A DNA stretch of 64,000 bases, taken from contig NC_043005.1 of the NCBI RefSeq assembly GCF_006345805.1, forward strand, positions 83,948,001-84,012,000. Reading direction: 5' to 3'. Origin of the DNA: Octopus sinensis (lineage: Eukaryota). This document shows, piece after piece, positions 36,022 to 48,068 of the stretch. The notes beneath the pieces were generated by a model, which was not told the origin of the DNA, made no database searches, and worked only from the letters and a program-made list of their open reading frames with translations. Position 1 is the first letter of the stretch, and every line of letters begins with the position of its first letter. The position numbers and the translations under genes are program-made.

Positions 36022-37387
36022 AATGTGTGTGAGTGTATGTGACCGAGTCTATAGGAAAAATACAATTCCAGAAGGTAATATTCCGGAATGTTAGACAATC
36101 ATCAACAAAATGTCAAAAACCAATTTGTAACAAGCTGAGTGGGGAACACCAGCAAAACATTCTTAAAACAGAATCAATACAAATTGGAGTCAATCACAAG
36201 GGACGGAAGTTGGTTGTATGAAAAACAACCAATCAATTCAAGAATGGAACTTGATAAATATTAATAGAAAAAAAATTTCTGAAATTCCAAAACACCATTT
36301 GAATAACATTTGCAGGGTTCATTATGAAAAAAACCCACAATATTTACAAGGCTTTCATTTTTGCCTCTCAGCTGTGAAAAACAAAGAAAAAAAATGAAGA
36401 AAACAAAACAAAACAATGCTTTAATAGTGGAGGGAATACAGAACGTTTTGGTAGGGTTTTGGGTGTGGTGGGCATATTTAGAAGCTATTAGTTCAATGTG
36501 TGTGTGGTTTTCACTCATCTCCAATGAATTCGGAGACATTGGTGAAAATATAAATTGTATGTGTATATATCTGGCTCTATTTCAAAGCCTTTATATGGTC
36601 TGCATAGCGACCAAAATTCCATCACGTCCTTCCTTGCTGCATTTAAAAACAGGAAGGACGCACACTGCATCTGTTCAAATGTGTGTGTGTATGTATATAT
36701 ATATATATATATATAATGTGTGTGAGTGTATGTGACCGAGTCTATAGGAAAAATACAATTCCAGAAGGTAATATTCCGGAATGTTAGACAATCATCAACA
36801 AAATGTCAAAAACCAATTTGTAACAAGCTGAGTGGGGAACACCAGCAAAACATTCTTAAAACAGAATCAATACAAATTGGAGTCAATCACAAGGGACGGA
36901 AGTTGGTTGTATGAAAAACAACCAATCAATTCAAGAATGGAACTTGATAAATATTAATAGAAAAAAAATTTCTGAAATTCCAAAACACCATTTGAATAAC
37001 ATTTGCAGGGTTCATTATGAAAAAAAACCCACAATATTTACAAGGCTTTCATTTTTGCCTCTCAGCTGTGACAAACAAAGAAAAAAAATGAAGAAAACAA
37101 AACAAAACAATGCTTTAATAGTGGAGGGAATACAGAACGTTTTGGTAGGGTTTTGGGTGTGGTGGGCATATCTAGAAGCTATTAGTTCAATGTGTGTGTG
37201 GTTTTCACTCATCTCCAATGAATTCGGAGACATTGGTGAAAATATAAACTGTATGTGTATATATCTGGCTCTATTTCAAAGCCTTTATATGGTCTGCATA
37301 GCGACCAAAATTCCATCACGTCCTTCCTTGCTGCATTTAAAAACAGGAAGGACGCACACTGCATCTGTTCAAATGTGTGTGTGTATG

Positions 37388-37408
<21 letters not shown>
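36022..37408. repeat. Direct tandem duplication, 693-bp unit, near-identical copies
   Basis: Identical 62-aa track ORFs at 36033 and 36726; only a few substitutions and one homopolymer indel seen; units bounded by (TA)/(TG) runs. Confidence 0.92.
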
Positions 37409-37420
<12 letters not shown>

Positions 37421-37786
37421 ACATGTATGCACACATACACATAGTGTATGTGTGCAGAGCCTGTGAGAGAAATTTTGTAATGTGGAATGAGGTTGTATAC
37501 AAACCTCACTTGGGAAGTGGGTAGGGGACCTCTTACTCCTCCTCCTTCAAAAAAAAAATGCATGTGGTTCCTTTTTGGATCTCTGGGTCTTTGGGACTTG
37601 GACAGGAATAATATACCTTATAGTCCCTGCATATATATATATAATTAGGATAAAATCTTTATTTAATGATTTATCAGTGGTCAGTATACTAAAATACCAT
37701 GATGGTTAATTTATATTAAAATTATAACAAGGGGGTTGAATGAGTACAATACCAGTCTGCTAGAAATAGACATACATTTGGTATGT

Positions 37787-37847
37787 TGCCACTGATGATT
37801 GGAAAGGGGTTTTGATAATTCAAACTGTGAAATCAATAGATATGGTA
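37787..37847 (+). ncRNA. Type-I hammerhead motif within a probable PLE relic
   Basis: UGCCA CUGAUGA ... GAAA UC-aaua-GA UA UGGUA; stems I and III form, stem II base is weak. Confidence 0.55.
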
Positions 37848-38384
37848 CTATCCAAATTATTTTATAAATCCTTGCTGTGTGGTAAAAGCTACAGGGAACA
37901 CCTTACAACCTTTTGTAGTGGAGTAATAATCTAAGTGGTTCCTTGACCATTTGGGGTCTATTTCTAGCAGACTGGTGTTGTAATCATTCAACACCCTTAT
38001 AATTTTTAATACTCTTTCCGTTGGATTGCGTGTTTATTTCTCTTTTTGCCATGTGTGATTTTATTTTTGATCTATATAAATGAAGATATTTCCTCCGTCT
38101 GACTGCTTTTCTTTCTGCAAAATGGGAAGTTACATTGCGGAACAGTTATTTTAATGAGTTGTATTTATTTATCACCTAACGAGATACATCTGCACCACTG
38201 GATGCTCCTGAACCAGTTTTTGAGTGTCCAACCCAAGAGGAATCAATACTAGATGTGTCGAAACAATTGTTGTGATTAACAATAAATTCTCATATATTCC
38301 ACCTTCTGTCTTTCATTTGCTCTATCTATATATATATATATACATATAAATATATATATATATATATATACATATTAATCTTTT

Positions 38385-38581
38385 TTTACTCTTTTACTTG
38401 TTTCAGTCATTTGACTGCGGCCATGCTGGAGCACCGCCTTTAGTCGAGCAAATCGACCCCGGGACTTATTCTTTGTAAGCCTAGTACTTATTCTATCGGT
38501 CTCTTTTGCCGAACCGCTAAGTGACGGGGACGTAAACACACCAGCATCGGTTGTCAAGCAATGCTAGGGGGACAAACACAA

Positions 38582-38635
<54 letters not shown>

Positions 38636-38782
38636 GACAGGCTTCTTTCAGTTTCCGTCTACCAAATCCACTCACAAGGCATTGGTCGGCCCGGGGCTAT
38701 AGCAGAAGACACTTGCCCAAGATGCCACACAGTGGGACTGAACCCGGAACCATGTGGTTGGTTAGCAAGCTACTTACCACAC
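38385..38782 (-). mobile_element. SINE family A, low-divergence copy
   Basis: CpGs retained; full-length. Confidence 0.88.
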
Positions 38783-41700
38783 AATACATACACAGATTAA
38801 TAGATAAATAGATGGAGTGGTCAGGACTGGAATGCCGTTGATCATAGTTTGGCTTCTTCATAGTTCTTTAAACTGCAAGAAATAGCAGACATCTCTCTCA
38901 AATCACAACCTAGTATCTGAAGTAAAGTAGAACATGTTAACTAATATTCTTGATACACTAAGGATGAAAAAAAGGCAGAATAGTCAGGTCTGCAATCATC
39001 ATCATCATCGTCAACTTTTAATTACAGTCTTCCATGCTGACATGGGTCGGATGATTTGACAGGATCTGATGAACCCTGTTTTGGCAAGATTTCTATGGCC
39101 GGATGCTCTTCATAATGCCAACAACTTTACATAGTATACTGGGTTGTGCATTGTTCATGGCACCAGCACTTGTGAGGTCACCATGAAGCCCACAAGACAA
39201 AGATTCCCTTTGACAGAGTTGGGCAACAGTAGAGAGGGAGGCAGCTTTTATGCTAGGAGACAAGAGGTTAAGGTATGAAAAAAAAATGGGGCCAAGACAG
39301 TGGTATAGAGGAGCTAGATAGTTACTTGCATAATAGAAGAGTGGTTGTAATACACATAATAATAGGAATAGGAGACCAGGCCTTTTCAGAGAGAGGATTG
39401 AGTGCTGACTAAGCAACAACTACAAAAGAAACAACAAAAAATGCTTCAGTAATGTAATAAGCACACAGTAATCTCATAATCAAAATAATCTGTTAATTAT
39501 TTCATATTATCTGGAATGGAATAATTAGCTTTGTTATCAATTCATTAGGACACAAATTATATTCAACCTTAATTTTGTCACTCCTTAGCAACAGATTTCA
39601 ACTTTTTAACTCCTTTGATACTAAACCCACCGAAGAATGCCTCTGATTTTACCATTCAAACTTTCTGCTTTTAAAATGATCTAAAAATAAAACCTTCCAT
39701 CAGAATTCCAGGTTAATTTATGTTCCAAACACCAGATTGACCCTTTTAATACCAGCACACCTGAGATAGCCCCTGGTTTTAAAATACAAATCTCTTGTAC
39801 TGAAGTAATCTAAATTAAAACCATCCATCAAAATACCATATTAATTTATGTTCCAAATATCAGATTAAGAATGACAAAAGTTGTTTTACTAAATTCTTCA
39901 TTTTTTGAAAATCAATTAATACAAAGTCAGTGCTATTTTGTTACCATACAGAAATATGGTAACAAAAGGGTTACTCTTCCCTGAACATTGCAGAAGATAT
40001 TAGTCATTATAATCACCCATAGAAGAGAGAAAGAGATGCAGGTCCCTTGATAGGTTTTGAACTACAAATCTATCACTTTGTAGGTGACTGTGTTACAAAG
40101 AATCTAACATTATATTATTTGAAATTAAGATAAATTATTTCAACAAGATTAATTTATCTCTGCAAAATAATTCAGTCATTTTGTTATTTGTCTCTAGCAT
40201 GATAAGATACTTTATATATCCTCAACATAGTGAGGCATCTTGATTCGATGTCTGCATTAAAATCCTAACTGTTAATTCATCATAAAAATTTCTTAGAAAT
40301 CAACCAGGGTCTTAAAGCTTCAGTATAATCTGACAGATTTACTGTTACTGCCTGTGTACACATACATCAGATGTATGTGTATGCATGCATATATGTATAT
40401 TTTGGAGTTTGCCACACACATCGAAGTATATACATTATCTATGTGACTATATTTCATGGTATGTGCCATACACATGAAATGTTTAGTGTTATAAATAAAC
40501 ATTGAAGATAATTATGGATATGTACTTGCATAGCAAGTAACCTGAAGATAATTGAAGGTAATTGTTTCACTTAATATTTGAACACAATAAACATGACATA
40601 ATTACGACTATAAATGATCTTGACATTTTGACAATCTACAAATATAAATAATCCAGCCAAGCTGTTACTACTCACTTTTGACTGTAATAATTTAACCCCA
40701 AATCAGGCCTGATTTTGTAAGCCTAATGATCAAAGCTTATTCTAGCCATCACATGAAGATCTTTTCAGACAGTGTATTTTGGATTACTTTATCCGCTGCA
40801 TCCTTTCTTTTTCAGGACAATAAGTATGTGATTTGTGTGAGATTGATTACGCTTTCTGATAGGCCTGATGAACATATAGAGGCTACATTGCTACATTGCT
40901 ACATTGCAACATTGGATTTTGGGTTGTGTTCCCTGTAGCTTTTACCACACAAGAAATTCTACAAGAATACAACTTGGCAAAGCACGGGGTACCATACTAT
41001 AGCAGTAACATGATTTTGAGCTGTAAGATAGCACCATTTAGCCAGTTTAGAAAAGCTGCTTCATTCATAATTTTAGTTTTAGGGTCAACCATTATTTCTA
41101 AATGAATCTTTACATTTTTATGCAGTATTTATTTCAAACATTGTTTAAAGGTATTGTATGTCTGACGTTCGTTATTTAGTATAATGTTTAAAACATTATG
41201 TTTCATTACCCTTATTTAATAATGACTACCCTACTAATATCAGAATTAATAGCAGCAAATTAGATTTACAGAGTTCTGGAGGCTATAGAATATCATGTTA
41301 TTTTGAATTTAGATGCAACAACAAGGACAAAATGTTACCATGATGTTTAGAAAGCGAAGAACATTTACAGTGCTGTCTGATATGTTATAAAAAAATATTT
41401 AATGATTAAGATGAAAATAGATTTGATTTCAGAGGATGCAATATAAAAAGCTGAATCTGATGTAAAACCTGAGAACTTTAGAAATTTGCAACTACATCAT
41501 ACATCTGTCAGCACAAGGGCTTAGTGGAAGCGGCCATATTGTAGATTAGTAACATTAGCTGCCTGCATAACGAACAAACAATTTATATAAAACATTTAGA
41601 GGAGGCTGTATATAATAAATAACTTATGGCAAGGATGACTGAATATAACATATGTATGTGTATATATGAAAAGAAATGCATAAAAGAGATGCATCAGTGA

Positions 41701-41842
41701 AGCATTATGAGGATAAGAATATAGGATACAAGATAAACTCAATGTGAAAGCTGTTGCGGATAACCATGATGATATCTATTGTACAGTAATATATATATAT
41801 ACATATATATATGTCTGTGTGTGTATAAAAGATGGCGAAATT

Positions 41843-42880
41843 TTACCAGTTTTCAAACCTTCTAGAAATCATTTTAAAAAACATTTCATTATGCGGCCGA
41901 AAAAATTTCCGTAGTTTTGTTTTTACATACTCCTGCACTTTAACATGTTGCCGTCCTTTAGAGTCTGGTAAACATCGATTAATGAATCCTTTTATGCAGT
42001 AAAATTTCTTATCAGGGTCAAAGTAATAGTCCTTTTCTGATATTTTGTGCTCTAAGTGGAGGAATTTTTCAATTTCAACAATTTCCTGAAATGGATTACG
42101 TCGAAAATTATCTCCGTCGACAATATGAATTTGTGAAAGATTAAAGTATTTCAGCCAGTTGGCCATATGTTTGTCATACAGAGAACGTTCTGTGGCAGCA
42201 AATGATGGTTTTACTATTTTTGTGGCTGGGTCAATTGCAAGTTCTTCAAATGTTGGGTATGAAGAATTTCTGACTAATTTACCCCAAATTTGGGTGTAAT
42301 CAGAAATAGTTCTCTCAACAGGCTCACGTACAATCAAAAGCAGTTTAATGGATTGGTTCATTTTTTTCACAGATTCTGGGACATGTTTTTTTACAAAATA
42401 AGCAGGGGTTTTCTCGATGGTTATCTGATTTGGGAAAGAATACGGCATGCGTTTCCTGTACCAATTAAGGCCACGCTTGTAATTATTATCAAAGAAATGA
42501 ACTTCTGTTGAAGCAATAGCAATGTTGGGATGAATGTCCAGAAAATGAATGAGAGCCCCAGTACCTCCTTTGCGAACTCCGATAATAATGCACTGAGGAA
42601 GATACCTGCTCGTGTGGGGATAACGATGAAATCTGTGGCGGATCTTGGGACGAATGCTGTAGTCTTCATGCTTAATTTCTTCCAATTTGGGCAAAGTTTT
42701 GAGTTCTGTTCTAAAGTTGAATAAGTAACTGTTGGCAAAGAACGTCTGAGCGCATGTAAAAATGATTAAACCAACAGCACAAATGGTAAAAATGATGAGA
42801 GTCAGTTTCTTGTATTGATTAATGTAAAATTGATTGGTCATCAATACGAATATATTGGTTGCCGTGGTTTTGCAACTCAT
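41843..42880 (-). CDS. HS3ST1/5-like: Heparan sulfate glucosamine 3-O-sulfotransferase, HS3ST1/HS3ST5-like (type II Golgi membrane protein), whole CDS in one exon
   Basis: 345-aa intact ORF. N-terminal TM segment (LTLIIFTICAVGLIIFTCA), 5'-PSB LPQCIIIGVRKGGT, EVHFFD, ITIEKTPAYF, 3'-PB LLLIVREPVERTISDYTQ, FYC...RCLPDSKGR (disulfide + KGR), LRKFFRPHN. In-frame TGA just upstream fixes the start at 42880. Confidence 0.95.
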   Translation of the reverse strand: MSCKTTATNIFVLMTNQFYINQYKKLTLIIFTICAVGLIIFTCAQTFFANSYLFNFRTELKTLPKLEEIKHEDYSIRPKIRHRFHRYPHTSRYLPQCIIIGVRKGGTGALIHFLDIHPNIAIASTEVHFFDNNYKRGLNWYRKRMPYSFPNQITIEKTPAYFVKKHVPESVKKMNQSIKLLLIVREPVERTISDYTQIWGKLVRNSSYPTFEELAIDPATKIVKPSFAATERSLYDKHMANWLKYFNLSQIHIVDGDNFRRNPFQEIVEIEKFLHLEHKISEKDYYFDPDKKFYCIKGFINRCLPDSKGRQHVKVQEYVKTKLRKFFRPHNEMFFKMISRRFENW

Positions 42881-42902
42881 GGTACAAGAACAATATCAGC
42901 AT
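42819..42902 (-). other. Out-of-frame upstream ORF (27 aa) overlapping the HS3ST start codon
   Basis: ATG at 42902, 22 nt upstream of the main ATG; MLILFLYHELQNHGNQYIRIDDQSILH* ends at 42819. Confidence 0.6.
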
Positions 42903-42904
42903 AG

Positions 42905-42957
42905 CTGAAAAAGAAAATAAAAAAAGAGAAAGATTAAAGAGAGAAGAAAAAGAAGTC
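42905..42957 (-). promoter_or_regulatory. Splice acceptor (polypyrimidine tract + CAG) for the HS3ST coding exon; exon starts at 42904
   Basis: Minus strand reads cttctttttcttctctctttaatctttctctttttttattttctttttCAG|ctatgctg..., 24 nt upstream of the ATG. This implies upstream non-coding exon(s) beyond 42905. Confidence 0.8.
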
Positions 42958-43021
42958 ATGGATTACAATCTGTTAAAAATGGTTAGAATTAAAGGAGGTT
43001 TTTAAAATTTCCTAATAGCCA

Positions 43022-43608
43022 GGCACAGGTGTGACTGTGTGGTAAAAAAATTTGCTCCCCAACCACATGGTTGAGGGTTCAGTCCCACTCTGTAGCACCT
43101 GGGCTAAGTGCCTTCTACTGTAGCCTTGGGCCAACCAAAACCTTGTGAGTGGATTTGGTAGATAGAAGCTGAAAGCCCAATGTATATGTGTGTGTGTGTG
43201 TGTGCGTGTGTGTTTGTGTGTGTGTGTATATATATAGGCACAGGAGTGGCTGTGTGGTAAGTAGCTTGCTTACCAACCACATGGTTCCGGGTTCTGTCCC
43301 ACTGCATAGCACTTTGGGCAAGTATCTTCTATAGCCTCGGGCCAACCAAAGCCTTGTGAGTGGATTTTGTAGACGGAAACTGAAAGAAGCTGATCATATA
43401 TGTATGTATGTATGTGTGTGTTTGTTATTTGTGTCTGTCCTCCCACAATCGCTTAACAACCGATGTTGGTGTGTTTATGCCCCCTGTAACTTAGTGGTTT
43501 GGCAAAAGTGACCAATAATTACTAGGTTAACAAAGAATAAGTCCTGGGGTCGATTTGTTCGACTAAAGGTGATGCTCCAGCATGGCCACAGTCAAATGAC
43601 AAAAAGAA
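43022..43608 (+). mobile_element. SINE family A: 5' half copy followed by a full copy
   Basis: Heads at ~43022 and ~43238. Confidence 0.82.
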
Positions 43609-43739
43609 TATATATATATATATATAATAATTTTAGGGAGTAAGTTTGGATTTACTCAAAATTCACTGTTTGATTTGCCTAAAGGTGGTTTTATCTCTAA
43701 TTTAATTTAATTTAGATATATATATATATATATATATAT

Positions 43740-44071
43740 AAATATGGTAAAGTAAAAAAATTCACTTTACCACACACCGAACTTTTCAGAAATAGCAGCC
43801 AAAAATATGGCTATTTCTTCAACTGCAAATAAAAGTCTCCAGACAATGCATACTCAGAAAATAACTCACATAGGTATAAGGGAAAAACAATGAAAGATCA
43901 CATCCATATGTGATCTTTCATTGTTTTTCCCTTATACCTATGTGAGTTATTTTCTGAGTATGCATTGTCTGGAGACTTTTATTTGCAGTTGAAGAAATAG
44001 CCATATTTTTGGCTGCTATTTCTGAAAAGTTCGGTGTGTGGTAAAGTGAATTTTTTTACTTTACCATATTT
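43740..44071. repeat. Perfect palindrome: 164-bp arms, 4-nt loop (CCAT at 43904-43907)
   Basis: 43740..43903 is the exact reverse complement of 43908..44071 (checked base by base). Confidence 0.95.
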
Positions 44072-44172
44072 TTATAAATTAATACTTCAAATACACCGTA
44101 AATGGTCTTTACATACCGAATACTGCTTGGTCGAATTTATTAACAATTAATTAAGTCTACCCCCTTTTTTGA

Positions 44173-44242
<70 letters not shown>

Positions 44243-44249
44243 CACACAT

Positions 44250-44450
44250 ACGTACATTTATTAAAACTGAAAAATCTCCACAGATTGTTACTTAGAAGTT
44301 CATAACAACTGCCTGAGGGAGAGGAATATGAAACTGAGTAAGAGTTTTGTGATGATTTTCCAGCTTTAATAAAAAAGCATATTACTCTACCGTCAGTATT
44401 TGAGTACTATTTTTTCTACCTTCTTTCACATTTATGTGCTTACTCATGTG
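44250..44450 (+). mobile_element. Diverged short copy of the same PLE 3' end
   Basis: Shares agcatattactctacc...tatttgagtact...tcacatttatgtgcttactc with 16800-16870 and a relic hammerhead at 44307..44346. Confidence 0.6.
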
Positions 44451-44865
44451 TGTATAAATATAGTGTGTGTGTATGTGTGCGTGTATAAATATAGCATGTG
44501 TATATAAATATAGTGTGTGTGTGTATACATATAGTGTGTGTGTGTGTATGTGTGCGAGTATAAATATAGCATGTGTATATAAATATAGTGTGTGTGTGTA
44601 TACATATAGTGTGTGTGTGTGTGTGTATGTGTGCGAGTATAAATATAGCATGTGTATATAAATATAGTGTGTGTGTGTGTATACATATAGTGCATGTGTA
44701 TAAATATAGTGTGTGAGTATGTATAGTGTTTGTGTACAAATATAGTATGTGTGTATAAATACAGAGTGTGTGTGTTTGTATATACTGTGTGTGTGTGTGT
44801 GGAAATATTGTGTGTGTGTGTGTGTGTATGTGTAAATATAGTGTGTGTGTGTGTGTGTGTGTGTA
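44450..44865. repeat. TG/TA minisatellite with a higher-order ~60-70-nt unit
   Basis: gtataaatatagcatgtgtatataaatatagtgtgtg... repeated about three times. Confidence 0.8.
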
Positions 44866-45818
44866 TTTGTCCCCTGTGACTGTGTGACAACCAGTATTGG
44901 TGTGTTTACGTCCCTGTAACTTAACAGTTCAGCAAAAGAGACCAACAGAGAATTAATAGTAGGCTTAAAAAAGAAGTACTGATATGTTTGATTAAAATTC
45001 TTCAAGGCAGTGGTGCCCCAGCATGGCCACAATCTAATGACTGAAACAAGTAAAAGAAGACAAAAAGAAAAGAATAACAGTAAATTGATGGTGGTAACCG
45101 CGACGAAGATGGTGATGATGATACTGATGGTGGTAATGGTGGTGGTGCCGCAGCTGACGACCGCAATAGTGATGATGGTGGTGGAAGTGATGATGATAAT
45201 ACAGAAAAAAGTTGTAACGATGAGTGTGATGATGATGCTGATATTGATGATGGGAGTGGTTGTGATGATAGTGATGGAAACGATGATAGGAAGGTGGCCA
45301 TGGCAACGATAATGATAACGATGATAGCAATTGTAATTATAAAATATTTATAGTCTTCATTTCGAGTAATTGCGCAATTTACCAATTTTTAAGAATTGGT
45401 TTAAAAGTATTCTTGTTTCAAAGCATATCAAGAACATATCACATTGCCATTGGAAAATATTATTCTGAATGTCGGCACAAGTGCAGCTGTGGTGGTGAAG
45501 AAGTTAGTTCACTCCCTAGCCATGCTGTTTCGGGTCCCTGGGGCAAGTGTCTTCTAGTGTATATATGTATATATATGTAATTATGTGTAAACATGTATAT
45601 GTACATGTGTGGGTTCATATATATATATATATATATATATAACTAATGTAGGATAAAATTTTTTTCGGGAAAAAAATTTTATCAATGGCCAGCATATCAA
45701 AAAATACCTTTAAAGGTTAAATTTATACATAATTTACAAGATAAGGGCAAAAGAAAAATTCTAGTGCTAAATATGCCAAAACAAAAAAATGTCGATAACC
45801 ATTATAATATAAATTATA

Positions 45819-45879
<61 letters not shown>

Positions 45880-45971
45880 TATATATATATATATATTCAT
45901 GTGTGGGTTTATACATATATTTTCATGTGTGGGTTCACATATATATCATCATCATATATATATTCATGTGT

Positions 45972-46002
<31 letters not shown>

Positions 46003-46682
46003 CTTTCATGTGTGGGTTTATACATATATTTTCATGTGTAGGTTAATATATATATATTCATGTGTAGGTTTATATACATATTTTCATGTGTAGGTCTATA
46101 TATATATATTTTCATGTGTAGGTTTATGCATATGTATGTATACACACACACACACACATACTGATATTAGAGTAATGAGTAAATAATCACAATTAATTCA
46201 AATGACAGTGTATATAGCTAGGTGTACATACGCCTAAGGGATATTAAATATCCGAAGAATTTACAGGTTTATATTAACTATGTCAACAACAATGTTACTT
46301 CAATAGGTAAATAAAATAAACACACACCTTATTAATATATATTAATGTAAATCAGAAATAGAAAAACAAAACAATAAATCAAACAATTATAAATTCAATT
46401 CAATTTAAATATTTTATACAAACAAATGACACATCTCATAAATTACAGGTGTTTCTGCTTCGTTCATAAACGAAGTTTTTCAAGAATAATTGAATCTGTT
46501 TGAATATGTAATGATACTTCATCAGATTAACATACCTTCTAAACTATTTGACAAAAAATATCAAACATATATATATATATACCAAAGAGAGACAAAGGAT
46601 AAGTTATCAAAATATATTCAGTTTTAAAATCATATGCACCAAATTGTGTGCTAAAATATATATATATATATATATATATACA

Positions 46683-47315
46683 CTGGAGTAAGCACATAAA
46701 TGTGAAACAAGGTGGACAAAAGAGTACTTAAATACCAGAGATAGAGTAATATGCTTCATTTAAAAGCAGCAGAAATATAGCAAAAGCTGTTACTCAGAGT
46801 TTCACGTTCCCGTTTGTCGGACAGTTTTGTTAAAATAGAACAGAAGTAACGATAAGATCAAAACTAGTTAAAGGATACACCTTTAAAAATGGATTTGTTT
46901 CATTGGTCCTTTCAAATAATGGTCTGAAGCATGCGATAAACAAAATAAACGAATTCACTATAAATTCATCCTGCTATAAAAAATGGAGCATAAACCTTAA
47001 TGTGAAGAATGGATTCAAAATACATATTGTCATTAATTATATATGAAATACGATTCGATTAATACATTAAAAATTAAAATATTTCACAACAGTATATACG
47101 CATACTAAACCACATATATACATCAAAATACACAGATAGATATACACAGACCACATACATATGCAGACATATATATGTAAGACGTAAATGTACACACAAA
47201 TACACATATACATATGTATATGCAATCTTGTCCGCATGCTAAAATCACTTGGTGTACACATATAGACTAGAAGTAAAACGCAGAGACGGGGAAGAAAAAG
47301 AAAAGGTAAGGATCT
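46683..47315 (-). mobile_element. Second, 5'-truncated copy of the PLE 3' region
   Basis: Reverse complement aligns by eye along its length to 16235..16875; inserted next to (TA)n. Confidence 0.85.
46786..46825 (-). ncRNA. Hammerhead relic, same family as 16731 (core CCGACAA, probably inactive)
   Basis: ACUGU CCGACAA ACG GGAA CGU GAAA CUCUGAG UA ACAGC. Confidence 0.55.
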
Positions 47316-47324
47316 TTGGAAGCC

Positions 47325-47622
47325 TAGTACTTATTCTATTGTGCCCTTTTGCCGAACTGCTATGTTACGGGGACATAAACACACCAGCATCGGTTGTCAA
47401 GCGATGTTGGGGGGACAAACACAAAAATACAAACATATGCACACACATACATATATATACGACAGGCTTCTTTCAGTTTCCATCTACCAAATCCACTCAC
47501 AAGGCTTTGGTTGGTCCAAGGCTATAGTAGAAGACATTTTCCCAAGGTGCCACACAGTGGGAATGAACCCGGAACCATGTGGTTGGTAAGCAAGCTACTT
47601 ACCACACAGCCACTCCTGTGCC
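47325..47622 (-). mobile_element. SINE family A (3'-truncated)
   Basis: Consensus match. Confidence 0.8.
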
Positions 47623-47867
47623 CATACACATATACATATATACATACACATACATACACATGCACATGCACACACACACACATTAGGGCGGAGTGTTTTT
47701 TTATGATTTTTGATTTTGTGATGGGGGTAGCGTGGATAAGATGTGAATAGACATCAAAATAACTGGTATAGAATCTTAGAACTCTGCGACATGATGATCT
47801 GTCTCCACAAATGCATCATAAAATGGAAAAAGTGGGAAAAAAAAATGTCTCTACTTATATATTCGTT

Positions 47868-48068
47868 TCTACTCTAGGCATAAGGCCCGAAATTTTGGGG
47901 AAAGAGGCCAGTCAATTAGACCAACCCAGTATGCAACTGGTACTTAATTTATAGACCCCGAAAGGATTAAAGGCAAAGTCGACTTCAGTGGAATTTGAAC
48001 TCAGAATGTAAAAGACGAAATACTGCTAAGCATTTCACTTGGCGTGCTAATGCTTCTGCCAGCTTGCT
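47868..48068 (-). mobile_element. SINE family C (other copies at 22430..22632 -, 23935..24112 +, 35585..35755 -, 63125..63225 +, 63490..63670 +)
   Basis: gagttcaaattcc...gactttgcctttaatcctttcggggtc...taagtaccagt core; ends ...gggccttatgcctagagtagaaa. Confidence 0.78.

Noticed and set aside
36911-37444. 177-aa ORF in the tandem duplication
   Set aside because: Broken by a homopolymer frameshift in the other copy, ends in a microsatellite, and has no domain.
46438-46530. Further hammerhead-like cores (also ~27960-28000, ~40870)
   Set aside because: Stem II or GAAA side is poorly defined in AT-rich sequence; kept only as weak relics.
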